The notes beneath the pieces are model-generated. The model ran no database searches. It was not told the DNA's origin and saw nothing but the letters and a program-made list of their open reading frames with translations. Positions 50,852 to 64,000 of a stretch of DNA of 64,000 bases are shown here, piece after piece. The position numbers and the translations under genes were made by a program. Location of the stretch: positions 43,030,001 through 43,094,000 of the forward strand of contig NC_086097.1 in NCBI RefSeq assembly GCF_963921235.1, written 5' to 3'. Numbering within the stretch: position 1 is the first letter of the stretch; each line of letters opens with the position of its first letter. The DNA comes from Mobula hypostoma (lineage: Eukaryota).

Positions 50852-51075
50852 AATGTGTCATTGATTTCAGAATGATTTGAGGTGATGCTTCCATTTTCCA
50901 TTCAAATTTTTGTGATGTGTTGTTTGGCTTTGAGGCCTCTTAATTGGTTGGCTAAAAATTTACCAGATTTGTCACCATGGATATAGAACTGGCTGTTGCT
51001 CGGCGTTCAATTGGGTGAGTGGAAATAAGAACAAATGTAGTTAGGAGTTCCACTCGTTTTTTTGTACAGCTCCGG

Positions 51076-54000
51076 AGTGTGCACGTGTGCCAGTTGTGCA
51101 TGCAGCCGGTTACACTTGCTCAAGCGATCAATGCCCACTGGTTTATTGAACAGAGCAGCGGACATCCCTGCTGAAATCTGGAGGAAAACACACAGAGGAT
51201 GCAGAGGGGGATCAAAAAGGCGAGGGAAGAGGACCGGGTCGAGACAACAGAGGCTTATGGAGAAGAGAAGTTATAAGCCGTGTCTCCCCTCTCTCATCAT
51301 GGGAAATGTGAGATCGCTAGGGAATAAAATGGACGAACTGACTGCGCTTGTCAGGAGTCAGAGAACATTTCGGGAGAGCAGTGTCATGTGCTTCACTGAG
51401 ATGTGGCTGCACGAAGGCATACTCGATCAAAGCGTTTCCATAGAGGGCTTCCAGACCGTTTGAGCTGACCGGAATTGCACTGAGAGCGGTAAGCGCAAAG
51501 GAGGGGTGCTGGCGGTTCTGGTAAATAACAGATGGTACAATCCTGGGCATATTACGATCAAGGAACGTGTCTGTAGCCCGGATATTGAACTTTTTGCTGT
51601 TGGACTCCGGCCATATTATTTGCCAAGGGAAATCTCGCGTGCAATTGTGGTTGTTGTGTACATCCCTCCCTCTGCCAACCCGACGTCGGCGTGTAACATC
51701 ATTTACACCGTCATAGCCAGATTACAAACCCAGCACCTGAGTGCCCTCATTACCATCTTGGGTGACTTCAACCAGGTTACCATGGCTAGAACACTGCCCA
51801 ACTTCTCGCAGTATGTGAGCTGTACAACCAGAGGGGAGAGGACTCTGGATTTGATGTACGCTGACGTTAAGGATGCATACAGCTCTTCTCTCCTCCCCCC
51901 ACTGGGAAGGTCAGATCACAACCTGGTGCATCTAAAACCCTGCTATGTGCCTCTGGTGAAGAGTAAACCTGCAACCTCGAGGACAGTGAGGAAATGGTCA
52001 GAGGAGGCTTATGGGACGCTCCAGGGTTGTCTTGAGGTGACAGACTGGCAAGCACTCTGTGAGCCACATGGAGAGGATATTGATGGGCTCACAGAATGCA
52101 TCACTGATTACATTAACTTCAGTGTGGACTGCAATGTTCTGACAAGAACTGTCCTTTGTTATTCAAGTAACAAGCCATGGGTGACAAAGGACATTAAGGA
52201 CATCCTGAACGCTAAAAAGAGGGCATTTAGAGATGGAAATAGGGAGGAGCTGAGGGCAATACAGAGGGACCTGAAAGCCAGGATCAGGGAGGCTAAAGAC
52301 AGGTACAGGAGGAAGCTTGAGTGGAAACTCCAGCAGAACAGCATGAGAGAAGTCTGGAGGGTGATGAGGACTTTCACTGGGTTTCAGCAAACTAGCAACA
52401 GAGGAGCTGAAGGCAGTGTGGACAGGGCCAACGAACTTAACCTGTTCTTTAACAGATTTGACATTGGGACCCCTGCCTATCCCCACATGAGCCATCTGTT
52501 GTCGGCCCCCAACCAACACATATTCCACTCTCCCCTCCTACCCCTCCTCACAGTCCCCCACCCTGCTCTCATGACTATACCCCTTTCCCACACAAAACCA
52601 CCATGGTGGGCTTCACGGCTGAACAGGTGAGAAGACAGCTGAAACGTCTCAACTCAGGCAAGGCTGCAGGACCGGATGGTGTCAGTACCAGGGTGCTCAA
52701 AGCCTGTGCTCCTCAGCTATGTGGAGTACTTCGCCATGTACTCAACCTGAGCCTGAGGCTCCAGAGGGTTCCTGTACTGTGGAAGACGTCCTGCCTCGTT
52801 CCTGTGCTGAAGACGCCACGCCCCAGCGGCCTCAATAACTACAGACCGGTGGCATTGACCTCCCACATCATGAAGACTCTGGAGAGACTTGTTCTGGAGC
52901 TTCTTCGGCCTATGGTCAGGCCACACTTAGATCCCCTCCAGTTCGCCTACCAGCCCCGACTAGGAGTTGAGGATGCCATCGTCTACCTGGACAAGCCAGT
53001 GAGTACTGTGAGGGTCATGTTTTTTTGACTTCTCCAGTGCGTTCAACCCCATCCACCCTGCTCTGCTGGGGGAGAAGCTGACAGCGATGCAGGTGGATGC
53101 TTCCCTGGTATCATGGATTCTTGATTACCTGACTGGCAGACTACAGTACGTGTGCTTGCAACACTGGGTGTCCGACAGAGTGATCAGCAGCATTGGGGCT
53201 CCGCAGGGGACTGTCTTGTCTCCCTTTCTCTTCACCATTTACACCTCGGACTTCAACTACTGCACAGAGTCTTGTCATCTTCAGAAGTTTTCTGATGACT
53301 CTGCCATAGTTGGATGCATCAGCAAGGGAGATGAGGCTGAGTACAGGGCTACAGTAGGAAACTTTGTCACATGGTGTGAGCAGAATTATCTGCAGCTTAA
53401 TGTGAAAAAGACTGAGGAGCTGGTGGTAGACCTGAGGAGAGCTAAGGCACCGGTGACCCCTGTTTCCATCCAGGGGGTCAGTGTGGACATGGTGGAGGAT
53501 TGCAAATACCTGGGGATAGGAATTGACAATAAACTGGACTGGTCAAAGAACACTGAGGCTGTCTATAAGAAGGGTCAGAGCCGTCTCTATTTCCTGAGGA
53601 GACTGAGGTCCTTTAACATCTGTCGGATGATGCTGAGGATGTTCTACAAGTCTGTGGTGGTCAGTGCTATCATGTTTGCTGTTGTGTGCTGGGGCAGCAG
53701 GCTGAGGGTAGCAGACACCAACAGAATCAACAAACTCATTCGTAAGGCCAGTGATGTTGTAGGGATGGAACTGGACTCTCTCACGGTGGTGTCTGAAAAG
53801 AGGATGCTGTCTAAGTTGCATGCCATCTTGGTCAATGTCTCCCATCCACTCCATAATGTACTGGGTGGGCACAGGATTACATTGAGCCAGAGACTCATTC
53901 CACTGAGATGCAGCACAGAGCATCATAGGAAGATATTCCTGCCTGTGGCCATCAAACTTTACAACTCCTCCCTTAGAGGGTCAGACACCCTCAGCCGATA

Positions 54001-54144
54001 GGCTGGTCCTGGACTTATTTCATAATTTACTGGCATAATTTACATATTACTATTTAACTATTTATGGTTCTATTACTATTTATTACTTGTGGTGCAACTG
54101 TAACGAAAACCAATTTTCCCCGGGATCAATAAAGTATGACTATG
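51076..54144 (+). mobile_element. Near full-length Rex1-type LINE (APE endonuclease and RT), few disablements
   Basis: [43 protein letters not shown] and KFSDD motifs; TATGAC tail. Confidence 0.93.
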
Positions 54145-56563
54145 TTTTAATTTGAGCATATTGTTGGTCTATTTCTTTAATTTGGTTGGGCAGATCTAGT
54201 CGTTCTTTATGGGTCTTTCTTTTCATATTCGCAGTGTAGGAAATTATTTGACCCCTGAGGTATGCTTTCAAAGCGTCCCAAACAACCAGGCTTGAGGTTT
54301 CAGGTGACGTATTGGTATTAAGGAAAAAGGTTATCTGGTCCTCCATAAATTTTACAAAATCATTATCTGATAGTAAGTTTGAATTAATGTCAATGCTTAT
54401 TTATTTGAGGAAGGGCTGGAAGAATTATAGATAGGATAACCGGAGTGTGTTCTGATATCAATATACTCTGATAAGCACAGGAACAGACTGATAGAATCAG
54501 ATGGTTATCAATTAAAATGTAGTCAATTCTAGAAAAGGTGTGATGGATATGTGAGAAGAAAGAATATTCTCTCTTATTTGGGTGGAGAAAGTGTCATACG
54601 TCAGAGATGCCACAGTTGAAGAGAAAGGACTAAATTAATGAGGCAGATTTGCTGAGTACTCTGGGAATAGGAGACGATTGATCCAGCACTGGATCTAACC
54701 AGCAGTTGAAGTCTCTACCTAGTATGAGAGAGTAGGAACTCAGATCAGGCAGCTCAGAAAAAGAAGTTCAAAGAAGTCCACATCATCCAAGTTAGAAGCA
54801 TATATGTTAGCCAACACTGCCAATGTATTATATAATTTCCCTGAGACAATGACAAAATGGCTGTTTGTATCTGATATTGTATTGAGGAGCTCAAAGGGAA
54901 CGTTTTGATTTATGAGAATTGAGATTTCCCTGGCTTTAGCCTGAAAAGTAGAGTGGAAGTACTATCCCACCCATCATGACATAAGACGGGAATTTTCAGA
55001 ACTGCGAATGTGTGTTTATTATAGAAATGTAATTGCTGTATTAAACTGTTTGAGATGTGAGAACACCTTCCTTCTTTTAACAGGGTGATTCAGCCCCTTG
55101 ACATTCCAGCTCACAAAATTCAACGGACTGACCATTCTCCTTTAAAAGGGATACAGGTTGATAGGCATAAGCAGTGTCAAGATTTCTAGTATCAGCTCTG
55201 AGGCAAAAATGTAAAACAAAAGAGAAACAGGGCATAAATAAATCCTGTATAACAAGAACTTCTAAGGGTTCTTAAAACAGGACCGGCATTGGAGTACCCT
55301 CCCCCCATCCCCCCAACCCACAACAAGACAGCTGCCAGAGAGCATAGCAGCAAGCTCTTAAGACCAATAATCATCCAACAGTACAACTTCCTGTCACTCG
55401 TAGCGTCATCTTCAACTCCATTATTGATATTTAGAAGAAACAGTAAGCATTCAACACTCCTAAATTGACATTGTGCTTACTGAGAGACAAAACAATTCTT
55501 CCAAAGTTTATTAAACATGGCTCTGAAAAATGAACCATAAAGCAGTAATATAAACTTATATTTGAAAAAAAAAGTAAATAAACAGACTTTACCCAGTGCT
55601 GTTCCCACAAAAGGTTGTAGAGTTCACTGAATTGGAGGTATTAGGAAATACACTCTCGAGAGAGAACAGTCTGAGTGAATATTGTTCCACCTATTGTGGT
55701 AGTCAATACCTAACGCGGCCAAGTCAGACCAGACCTTGCTATCCAAGCACTGCTAACATTACCTGGCCGAGGGTATGGGAGAAAAATATTTTATGAAGAA
55801 TTCGATGTAGTGGGGAGGCTGTCAATGCTTCGTCTACCGAGCGTAGCGACTTCTTGTCACCGCTGGGAAGTGTGATACGGAACCATGCAGGATATAGTAG
55901 GGAAGACCTAAGTCCTCGATTGTATAGCTCCATCATTACTTCACTGTACTCGACTCGCAGGCTCAAAACTTCGGGAGAGTAGTCCTCCACAACCCGAATC
56001 TGCTGGCAGCGGTATCCTAGCTTCCCTCTCCACCGGGCCTCTCTCACCAGGAGATCTTTAATCTGATAGTGGTGCAGGCAAAGAAAGACCGGGCGTGGTC
56101 TCTGTCCTGGGGCTGGTTTAGCTGCTAGTGAACAGTAAGCTCTATCAATCTCCGGCAGGGATGGGAGTGTGTCCTTCCCAAAGATCTCACAAAGTAGACT
56201 GGAAAAAAATTCAGTAGGACACCCACCTTCAATAGATTCCGGCAGGTCCAGGATGCATGAATTCTGCTGTCTGCTCTGGCCCTCCCGGTCCGTAACTTTA
56301 GCTATTAGCTTGATATTGTTTTCACGTAAGCTGGAGCAGATGTTTTCCAGCTCACTGACGCGCTGGCTCAGGTCGTCCGTAGCGAGCTTGTGAGAGGGTA
56401 GGCGTTGGCCGTGGTCCTCCACGTTACATTGGATTTGGTTGTGTTTCATTTCCAACAGGCTAAAAGAAGATTTAAATTGGGCCACCAATGCCTCACTGTT
56501 GGTCTAGTAGTGTGGAGATAGCCTCTACTGTCAAGCCAGCTGCCGAATCATCTTTTTTCCCGG

Positions 56564-58780
56564 ATGAAGAGTAAACCTGCAACCTCGAGGACAGTGGGGA
56601 AATGGTCGGAGGAGGCTTATGAGGCGCTCCAGGGTTGTTTTGAGGTGACAGACTGGCAGACACTCTGTGAGCCACATGGAGAGGATATTGATGGGCTCAC
56701 AGAGTGCATCACTGGTTACATCAGCTTCTGTGTGGACTGCAATGTTCCGGCAAGAACTGCCCTTTGTTATTCAAATAACAAGCCATGGGTAACAAAGGAC
56801 ATTAAGGACATCCTGAACGCTAAAAAGAGGGCATTTAGAGATGGAAGTAGAGAGGAGCTGAGGGCAATACAGAGGGACCTGAAAGCCAGGATCAGGGAGG
56901 CTAAAGACAGGTATAGGAGGAAGCTTGAGTGGAAACTCCAGCAGAACAACATGAGAGAGGTCTGGAGTGGGATGAGGAGCATCACTGGGTTCTGGCAAAC
57001 TTGCAACAGAGGAGCGGAAGGCAGTGTGGACAGGGCCAACGAACTTAACCTGTTCTTTAACAGATTTGACATTGTGACCCCTGCCCATCCCCCACATGAG
57101 TCATCTGTTGTTGGTCCTCAACCAACACATATTCCGCTCTCCCCTCCTATCCCTCCTCACAGTCCCCCACCCTGCTCTCATGACTATACCCCTTCCCCAC
57201 ACGAAACCACCGCGATGGGCTTCACAGCTGAACAGATGAGAAGACAGCTGAAACGTCTCAACCCAAGCAAGGCTGCAGGGCTGGATGGTATCAGTACCAG
57301 CGTGCTCAAAGCCTGTGCCCCTCAGCTATGTGGACTACTTTGCCATGTCTTCAACCTGAGCCTGAGTCTCCGGAGGGTTCCTGTGCTGTGGAAGACGTCC
57401 TGCCTCGTCCCTGTGCGGAATACGCCGCGCCCCAGCGGCCTCAATGACTACAGACTAGTGGCATTGACCTCCCACATCATGAAGACCCTGGAGAGACTTG
57501 TTCTGGAGCTGCTCCGGCCTATGGTCAGGCCACACTTAGATCCCCTTCAGTTCGCCTACCAGCCCCGACTAGGAGTTGAGGATGCCATCGTCTACCTGCT
57601 GAACCATGTCTACGCCCACCTGGACAAGCCAGTGAGCACTGTGAGGGTCATGTTTTTTGACTTCTCCAGTGTGTTCAACACCATCCACCCTGCTCTGCTG
57701 GGGGAGAAGCTGACAGCGATGCAGGTGGATGCTTCCCTGGTGTTATGGATTCTTGATTACCTGACTGGCAGACTACAGTACGTGTGCTTGCAACACTGTG
57801 TGTCCGACAGAGTGAGCAGCAGCACTGGGGCTCCACAGGGGACTGTCTTGTCTCCCTTTCTCTTCACCATTTACACCTCAGACTTCAACTACTGCACAGA
57901 GTCTTGTCATCTTCAGAAGTTTTCTGATGACTCTGCCATAGTTGGATGCATCAGCAAGGGAGATGAGGTTGAGTACAGGGCTACGGTAGGAAACTTTGTC
58001 ACATGGTGTGAGCAGAATTATCTGCAGCTTTATGTGAAAAAGACTAAGGAGCTGGTGGTAGACCTGAGGAGAGCTAAGGCACCGGTGACCCCTGTTTCCA
58101 TCCAGGGGGTCAGTGTGGACATGGTGGAGGATTACAAATACCTGGGGATAGGAATTGACAATAAACTGGACTGGTCAAAGAACACTGAGGCTGTCTACAA
58201 GAAGGGTCAGAGCTGTCTCTATTTCCTGAGGAGACTGAGGTCCTTTAACATCTGTCGGACGATGCTGAGGATGTTCTATGAGTCTGTGGTGGCCAGTGCG
58301 ATAATGTTTGCTGTTGTGTGCTGGGGCAGCAGGCTGAGGGTAGCAGACACCAACAGAATCAACAAACTCATTCGTAAGGCCAGTGATGTTGTGGGGATAG
58401 AACTGGACTCTCTCACGGTGGTGTCGGAAAAGAGGATGCTGTCCAAGTTGCATGCCATCTTGGACAATGTCTCCCATCCACTACATAATGTACTGGTTGG
58501 GCACAGGAGTACATTCAGCCAGAGACTCATTCCACCAAGATGCAACACTGAGCGTCATAGGAAGTCATACCTGCCTGTGGCCATCAAACTTTACAACTCC
58601 TCCCTTGGAGGGTCAGACACCCTGAGCCAATCGGCTGGTCCTGGACATTTCATAATTTACTGGCATAATTTACATATTACTTATTTAATTATTTATGGTT
58701 TTATTACTATTTAATTATTTATGGTGCAATTGTAATGAAAACCAATTTCCCCCAGGATCAATAAAGTATGACTATGACTA
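56564..58780 (+). mobile_element. 5'-truncated young Rex1-type LINE with uninterrupted RT ORF
   Basis: 716-codon ORF (the family stop TAG is TCG here, so it runs into the UTR); TATGAC tail; inserted in L1 ORF1. Confidence 0.95.
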
Positions 58781-59554
58781 TTTAGTACTCTTTGAGGTCA
58801 TTATGAAGCGAGCATAGTTGCAGGCAGGGGGAAGAGTAAAAAGTCCAACAGTTTGGTATGAGAAAAGGGGGAAGAAGGAGTGTAGAAATAAAAAGTAGGA
58901 TGGAGCGCCCGTTCTCTGCGACTACTCCATGTGGCTGCCAACCGGAAGTCCAGATTTCAGAACTTTAACAAAATTTGTTGCCTCCACCATGTTCTTCAAA
59001 GTGCATAACAATTTTACTTTTTCTGATTCATTCACAAGCTTTTGTGGCACGGAACAATCTGCTTAACAAAAGAGGTTAAACAGATACTGTAATAGTTTTG
59101 AACCACCTGCTTAACCCTTATGTTCAGTTTTTCCCAATATACTGTCCCCATCCCTGACCTTCTTTTACATGTCCAGAGGTACCATTCTATTACAATTAAC
59201 TGGGGTCTTTTAATGATCAGTTGTGTCAATGGGTAATTTATGCCAGTAGGCAGTAGTTTGATTCAGTAGTTAGCAGCAGTCCCTTTTCAGTTCAATTGTC
59301 AATCTTTTGTTGGTTAATAGTCTCAGATGTCACAGCTCCACCTTGGATTTCCATTGTAGTTTGTTCCTAATATGGGTATAATCTGTATTTCCACCCTGTA
59401 ATATTTATCTATTGTTTGAATTTGTGAAAATACCTTGTTAAACTGAGAACACAGAGTTGATATTCTTTATCTTTTAAGCTGTCAGGAAGTTTAGTTGCAT
59501 TTTAAATTCCACATGAAAAGTTGTGGAAATTGCACGAGAACAAAACAAATTCAT

Positions 59555-60560
59555 GACGGTCGTGGCAGGTGTGGTGTTTATGAATTTTAGGAAGGCATTT
59601 GATAAGGTTCCCCTTAGTAGGCTCATTCAGAAAGTTGTGAAGCGTGGGATCCATGAAAACTTGGCTGTATGGATTTGGAATTGGCTTGCCCACATAAGGC
59701 AGATAGTGGCAGTAAATAGTGTATCCTGCGCCTGGAGGTCAATGACTAGTGGTGTCTGCAGAGATCTGGTTTGGGACCCCTTCTCTTTTTTTTTGAATAT
59801 ATAAATGACTTGGAGGCAGAAGTGGAGGGATGAAATAGAATTTGCAGATGACATGAAGGTTGGAGTTGTTGTGGATAGTGTAAAAGGTTGCCATAGATTG
59901 AAGTACAACCTTAATGGCAGGATTCTTAAGTGTTGAGGAACAGAGGGATCTTGAGTCTTAAGTTCACAGATCCCTCAAAGTTGATAGACTGGTTAAGAAG
60001 GTGTATGTTGTGTTGGCCTTCATTAGTCGAGGGATGAGTTCAAACGCCATGAGTTGATGTTGTAGGTCTATAAGACTGGCTGGACCTCATTTGGAGTACT
60101 GTGTTCAGTTCTGGTTGCTTCATTATAAGAAGGATATGGAAGCTTCAGAGAGATAAAGTGGGGATTAGAGAAATTTCTTACAAGGGAAGGTTGAGTGAGC
60201 TAGGGCTTTTCTCTTTGGAGCAACAAAGGATGAGAGACTATTTGATAGGAGTATGAGTGGCATAGATAGTGGACAGCCAGCACCTCTTCCCCCAGATTAA
60301 ATGGCCACTGCCAGAGAATATCCTTTCAGTTGATTGGCAGGAAGTGTAGGGGAGGTGCCAGAAGTAGTTGTTTTATATACAAAGTCGTGGGTGCCTGGAA
60401 CTCACTTCTGGGGTGGAGGTAGAGACTGATACAAAAAGGACATTTAAAAGACTCTTAGATTGTTCACGGATGTAAGAAAAATGGTACATTATGAGCTGTG
60501 TAAGAGGGAAGCATTAAACTAATCAAGGAGTAGATTTATATTGGTCGGCCGAATGGCTTT
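59555..60560 (+). mobile_element. Old CR1 RT/3' fragment
   Basis: MNFRKAFDKVP..RL, WIWNWL and FADDMKVG motifs. Confidence 0.8.
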
Positions 60561-60873
60561 TGTATGTCCTATGACAAGTCCATCACTTGTTTTGTAAACA
60601 CTTCTAAAACTGACTCTGAGATGGGTTGTATTTTGCAGTTAATAGTTAATCATCGCTGATGTATGAAGAAAAATTAACACTTCTAATCTTCAATTTCTGT
60701 TTGACTACAAACAGCAAAGAGTCGTTATGCAGTAGCCTTCTGGGTGAAAGTCCATTATTGTGGGGAGCGGTCAGTATAATAATCTCCACCTGTGATAAAA
60801 AAAACATTGCAGTTGGAATAGGAGTGGGTTATATGACCCTTCAAATCTATTCTGCCATTCTGTAAGATAACTG

Positions 60874-61690
60874 GGCACCACAGTAGAAAGCGGTTAGCAC
60901 AATGCTATTATATTTTCTGGTCGCCTCACTACAGGAAGGGCGTGGAAACCATAAAAAGGGTGCAGAGGAGATTTACAAGGATGTTGCCTGGATTGGGGAG
61001 CATGCCTTATGAGAGTAGGTTGAGTGAACTCGGCCCTTTCTCCTTGGAGCGATGCAGGATGAGAGGTGACCTGATAGAGGTGTACAAGATAATGAGAGGC
61101 ATTAATCATGTGGATAGTCAGAGGCTTTTCCCCAGGGCTGAAAGGGCTAGCCCGAGAGTGCATAGTTTTAAGGTGCTTAGAAGTAGGTATGGGGGAGATG
61201 TCAGGGGTAAGTTTTTTACGCAGAGTGGTGAGTGCTTGGAATAGGCTGCCAGCGGTGGAAGTGGAGGCGGAAATGATAGGGTCTTTTAAGAGACTCCTGG
61301 ATGGCTGTATGGAGCTTAGAAAATAGAGGGCTATGGGTAAAGCCTAGGTAGTTCTAAGGTAGGGACATGTTTGGCACAGCTTTGTGGGCCGAAGGGCCTG
61401 TATTGTGCTGTATGTTTTCTATGTTTCTATATCCTGGGGTGGTGGTGTATGGAGTTCAATTCCTGCGTCCTCTGTAAGCAAGTTTGTATGTTTCCTCCTG
61501 TATGTATGCCGGCTTCCACGAGGTGCTCTGATTTTCTCCCATAGTCCAAAGAAGTACCAGTTAGTAGGTTAATTGGTCATTGTAAATTGTCCTATGGTTA
61601 ATTTAACTAAGGTTAAATTGGTAGGTTGATGGTTGTGCAGCTCGAAGGGCCAAAAGGCATATTCCATGCTGCATCTCTAAATTTAAAAAA
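60874..61690 (+). mobile_element. V-SINE/HE1-like SINE interrupted by a CR1 3' fragment (60915-61429)
   Basis: tRNA-like head, then CR1 insert with TTTCTATG tail, then GGAGTTCAATTCC B box and CTCCCATAGTCCAAAG...GGTTAATTGGTCATTGTAAATTG core. Confidence 0.7.
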
Positions 61691-62339
61691 ATAAACTCAT
61701 TTGTTATTGAACTCCAGCACTTTTTGCTTGATTCCAGTGAGCTTTTTTTTCTGTAGTACAACACAAATAATTCTTAGTCTTGAATGTAAATCTCTGGGGA
61801 ACAGTTCCAAAGATTTGCAATCTTCAGAAGAAATTCCTTCTTGCATTTGAATTAAATAGGTAACCTATTACTCTGCCATTGTGCCCCCTAATTCTAGAAA
61901 AACTTGAAGGTATATCCTCATGGCATTAACCCTGTTTAGCATCTTCTTTTAACTTATTTTACTAAACTCCAGAGAGATTAGGAGCCTAATCAATCAATGT
62001 TCGTAAGATCATTTTCATCCTTGGAATCAACCTAGGTATCTTCTCCAAAATAACTAATGCAACTCCATCCTTTCTTAAATTAGACCAAAACTGCGTGCAG
62101 AGCCATATATTATCTCAGTAAAATTCTGCACAGTTTTGACAAGGCTCCTTTACATTTTCACTTCTATCTCTCATAATCAAGACAACATTCCATTTGTTTT
62201 TTTTATACTTGCTGTATTTCATTGCCAGTTTTGAATTTAAAGAAAGAAGACATCAAAATCTTTTGAACAGCAGCATTCTTTTGTCCATCTTCACTTAAAC
62301 AGTGGCTAGCCTCTGATTTCCTCACGCTACACTTAGAGC

Positions 62340-62710
62340 CACACAGTTAGTGGGGCCTGTGCAGCATTAAAGACCCTCAATTGGGTTCAATCCTGACCTT
62401 GGATGCCATCTGTATGCACTTTGCATATTTTCTATAATCACATGCTACAAGCTCCCTCCAGGTTTGGTTTCCTCCCACATCACAAAAGCATGCAGGTTAG
62501 ATGGTTAATTTGTCATTGAACAATATCTGAGTGTGTAAGATAATTGGCAAGATCTCGGCGGGATGGGGAGGGGGAAATGGTGGCATTGATAATACAGGGA
62601 GAATAATTTAAAAAGGGGTGATTAATGTATATTTACTGTAACTGGGTGGTTGATAATCCGTATTGAGTTGGTAGACTAAAGGACCTGTTCTCTGCTGTAT
62701 TTCTGACATC
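62340..62710 (+). mobile_element. V-SINE/HE1-like SINE
   Basis: GGGTTCAATCCTG B box, GGTTTCCTCCCACATCACAAAAGCATGCAGGTTAG core, CR1-like tail. Confidence 0.65.
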
Positions 62711-63255
62711 ATACTACGTTTTACAAATTTCTGAGCCCTCACTTAATATAGCTCTTTCTCTTAACATCCTTAATGACAGTCTCAGATTTGCTTTGCCAAC
62801 TATTATTGCAAAGTTAGCTATACTACATGTGATTCCTTCATCTAGTTGCAATCTGGCAATGTAAAAATTACCTGTTTATCCTGACTCTTTCTTGGCTCTG
62901 TGAGCCTCCAGAGGTCAACGTGCAATTGGAAAACCTCTAACCATTTGGTAAGCTTGGGACTTCCGTGTTCACATATGCATCTGCAGAAATCCTGAAATTG
63001 TTGGCACTTGGCCTGGGAACTGCTAGTAGTTTCCTAAAGCCTAAGCTCAGTTGTCTTTTCAGAGACTTGTTAATGCAAGTATTACCATTAAGCCAAACCA
63101 TGACATTAGAAAGTGGAATGTAGCAATCCATCTATTCAGATGTAATACAAGGAAACTTGGAAAAATGTGGAGGCTATCACGATGAAAGTAATTGTTGCCA
63201 AAATTCTTGGAATGTTATTTTGCTATGTCATCTTTTATTGCATTCTTCAATACAG

Positions 63256-63373
63256 GCAGAGGCAACCAATGAAGGGAGACCTTCCTCGTCCAATGTCAGG
63301 AAGCTGTGCAGCTTGTCTAAATGGGATCATGTACATTTTTGGAGGATACGATGATCTTGGATATAGTAATGAA
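63256..63373 (+). CDS. KLHDC1: KLHDC1 exon 3: (W)QRQPMKGDLPRPMSGSCAACLNGIMYIFGGYDDLGYSNE
   Basis: Acceptor ttcttcaatacag, 118 nt, donor GAA|gtacgt. Completes the split Trp codon of exon 2. Kelch YIFGGY motif; matches recalled KLHDC1 MEGELPASMSGSCGACINGKLYIFGGYDDKGYSN. Confidence 0.95.
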
Positions 63374-64000
63374 GTACGTCTTGTCTAATGCTTTTTCCTT
63401 CTTTGTTGTGTCATCTGCTGTATTTAAGCTTTCAAGCTAGAGAACACTTTTTCAAAATGCTTCATCTCGTCTTCAATAAACACTGTTTAATGCAATATTG
63501 TTCAAAATTCATAGGCTCAATAGGAATGCTAAGTGGATAAGCAGTAAGTGCGTTATACTCCATCTACATTAGTACCAATTTTAAATTTATTTTTTATTTC
63601 ATGTTGCAGTGCTAACCTCTTATAATTTATTTTAATTTCCTCCTGTTATTTTCCTTTTTGCTGCTTCCCACTAGACCTTTCTTTTCCTGAAAATGCTGGT
63701 CTATTTTTCAGAGCTTTATTGGTGCTGGTCCTGAATGACTGTAGATAAATTGCAAAATCAAAATTCTTTCAAGCGCAGATATTCCCCAGGAAAACTGATT
63801 CACCTGTGGCTGATCAGAGAAATTAAAGTTGTGTTAATTCCAAGAAAATAGCTTCTAAATTTGGAGTAATAACAGTAGGGGCAAACCGTTCCACAACATT
63901 TCAAGCAGGCATAAAATTTGGGGACATTTTAGAACTTGACAAAGGAGGATCAAGAATTTGTTAAAGGAAGTTGAGATGGAATATGAGAGTCAGCTGGAAA

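Larger units (their letters stand above)
47866..58951 (-). mobile_element. Full-length L1-clade LINE carrying two Rex1 insertions and a CR1 tail
   Basis: 5' end GGACTTCCGG; ORF1 starts MTSKSTK at 58801 and resumes GKKDDSAAG; endonuclease and RT remnants (GKSPGPNGFPVEFFK, SYRPISLLNVDVK); TSD AGATTTCAGAAC(C)TTTAA at 47851 and 58952. Confidence 0.9.

Noticed and set aside
56564..58714. 716-aa RT ORF as a domesticated gene or retron/DGR-like system
   Set aside because: It is 5'-truncated, near-identical to three other copies, has a LINE tail and interrupts an L1: an ordinary young Rex1 copy.
63167..63388. 73-aa single-exon ORF
   Set aside because: Only 63256-63373 is kelch-like and bounded by splice sites; the rest is intron.

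Overview
Vertebrate genomic DNA, most likely a cartilaginous fish (ray or shark), judged from the repeat content: CR1, Rex1/Babar and L1 LINEs, Penelope-like elements, V-SINE/HE1-like SINEs, and Tc1 and hAT transposons. Most of the window is nested transposon sequence, and essentially all long ORFs in the track are retrotransposon or transposase remnants. One host gene is visible on the + strand: the 5' part of KLHDC1 (kelch domain-containing 1), with exon 2 at 46259-46329 and exon 3 at 63256-63373. The most striking observation is two homologous 96-nt first coding exons about 33 kb apart (9618-9713 and 42508-42603). Each has its own CpG-rich promoter, ATG and phase-0 GTAAGT donor, and each splices in frame to the same exon 2. 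Their shared residues differ mostly at synonymous positions, and the downstream copy replaces the conserved ERSGH kelch motif. Other notable items are a minimal hammerhead ribozyme in a Penelope-derived palindromic insert on the gene's sense strand, a full-length L1 with a twin-priming inversion, and a hAT-like transposon with a 6-bp TSD. Family assignments come from recalled motifs, not database searches, and many repeat boundaries are approximate.
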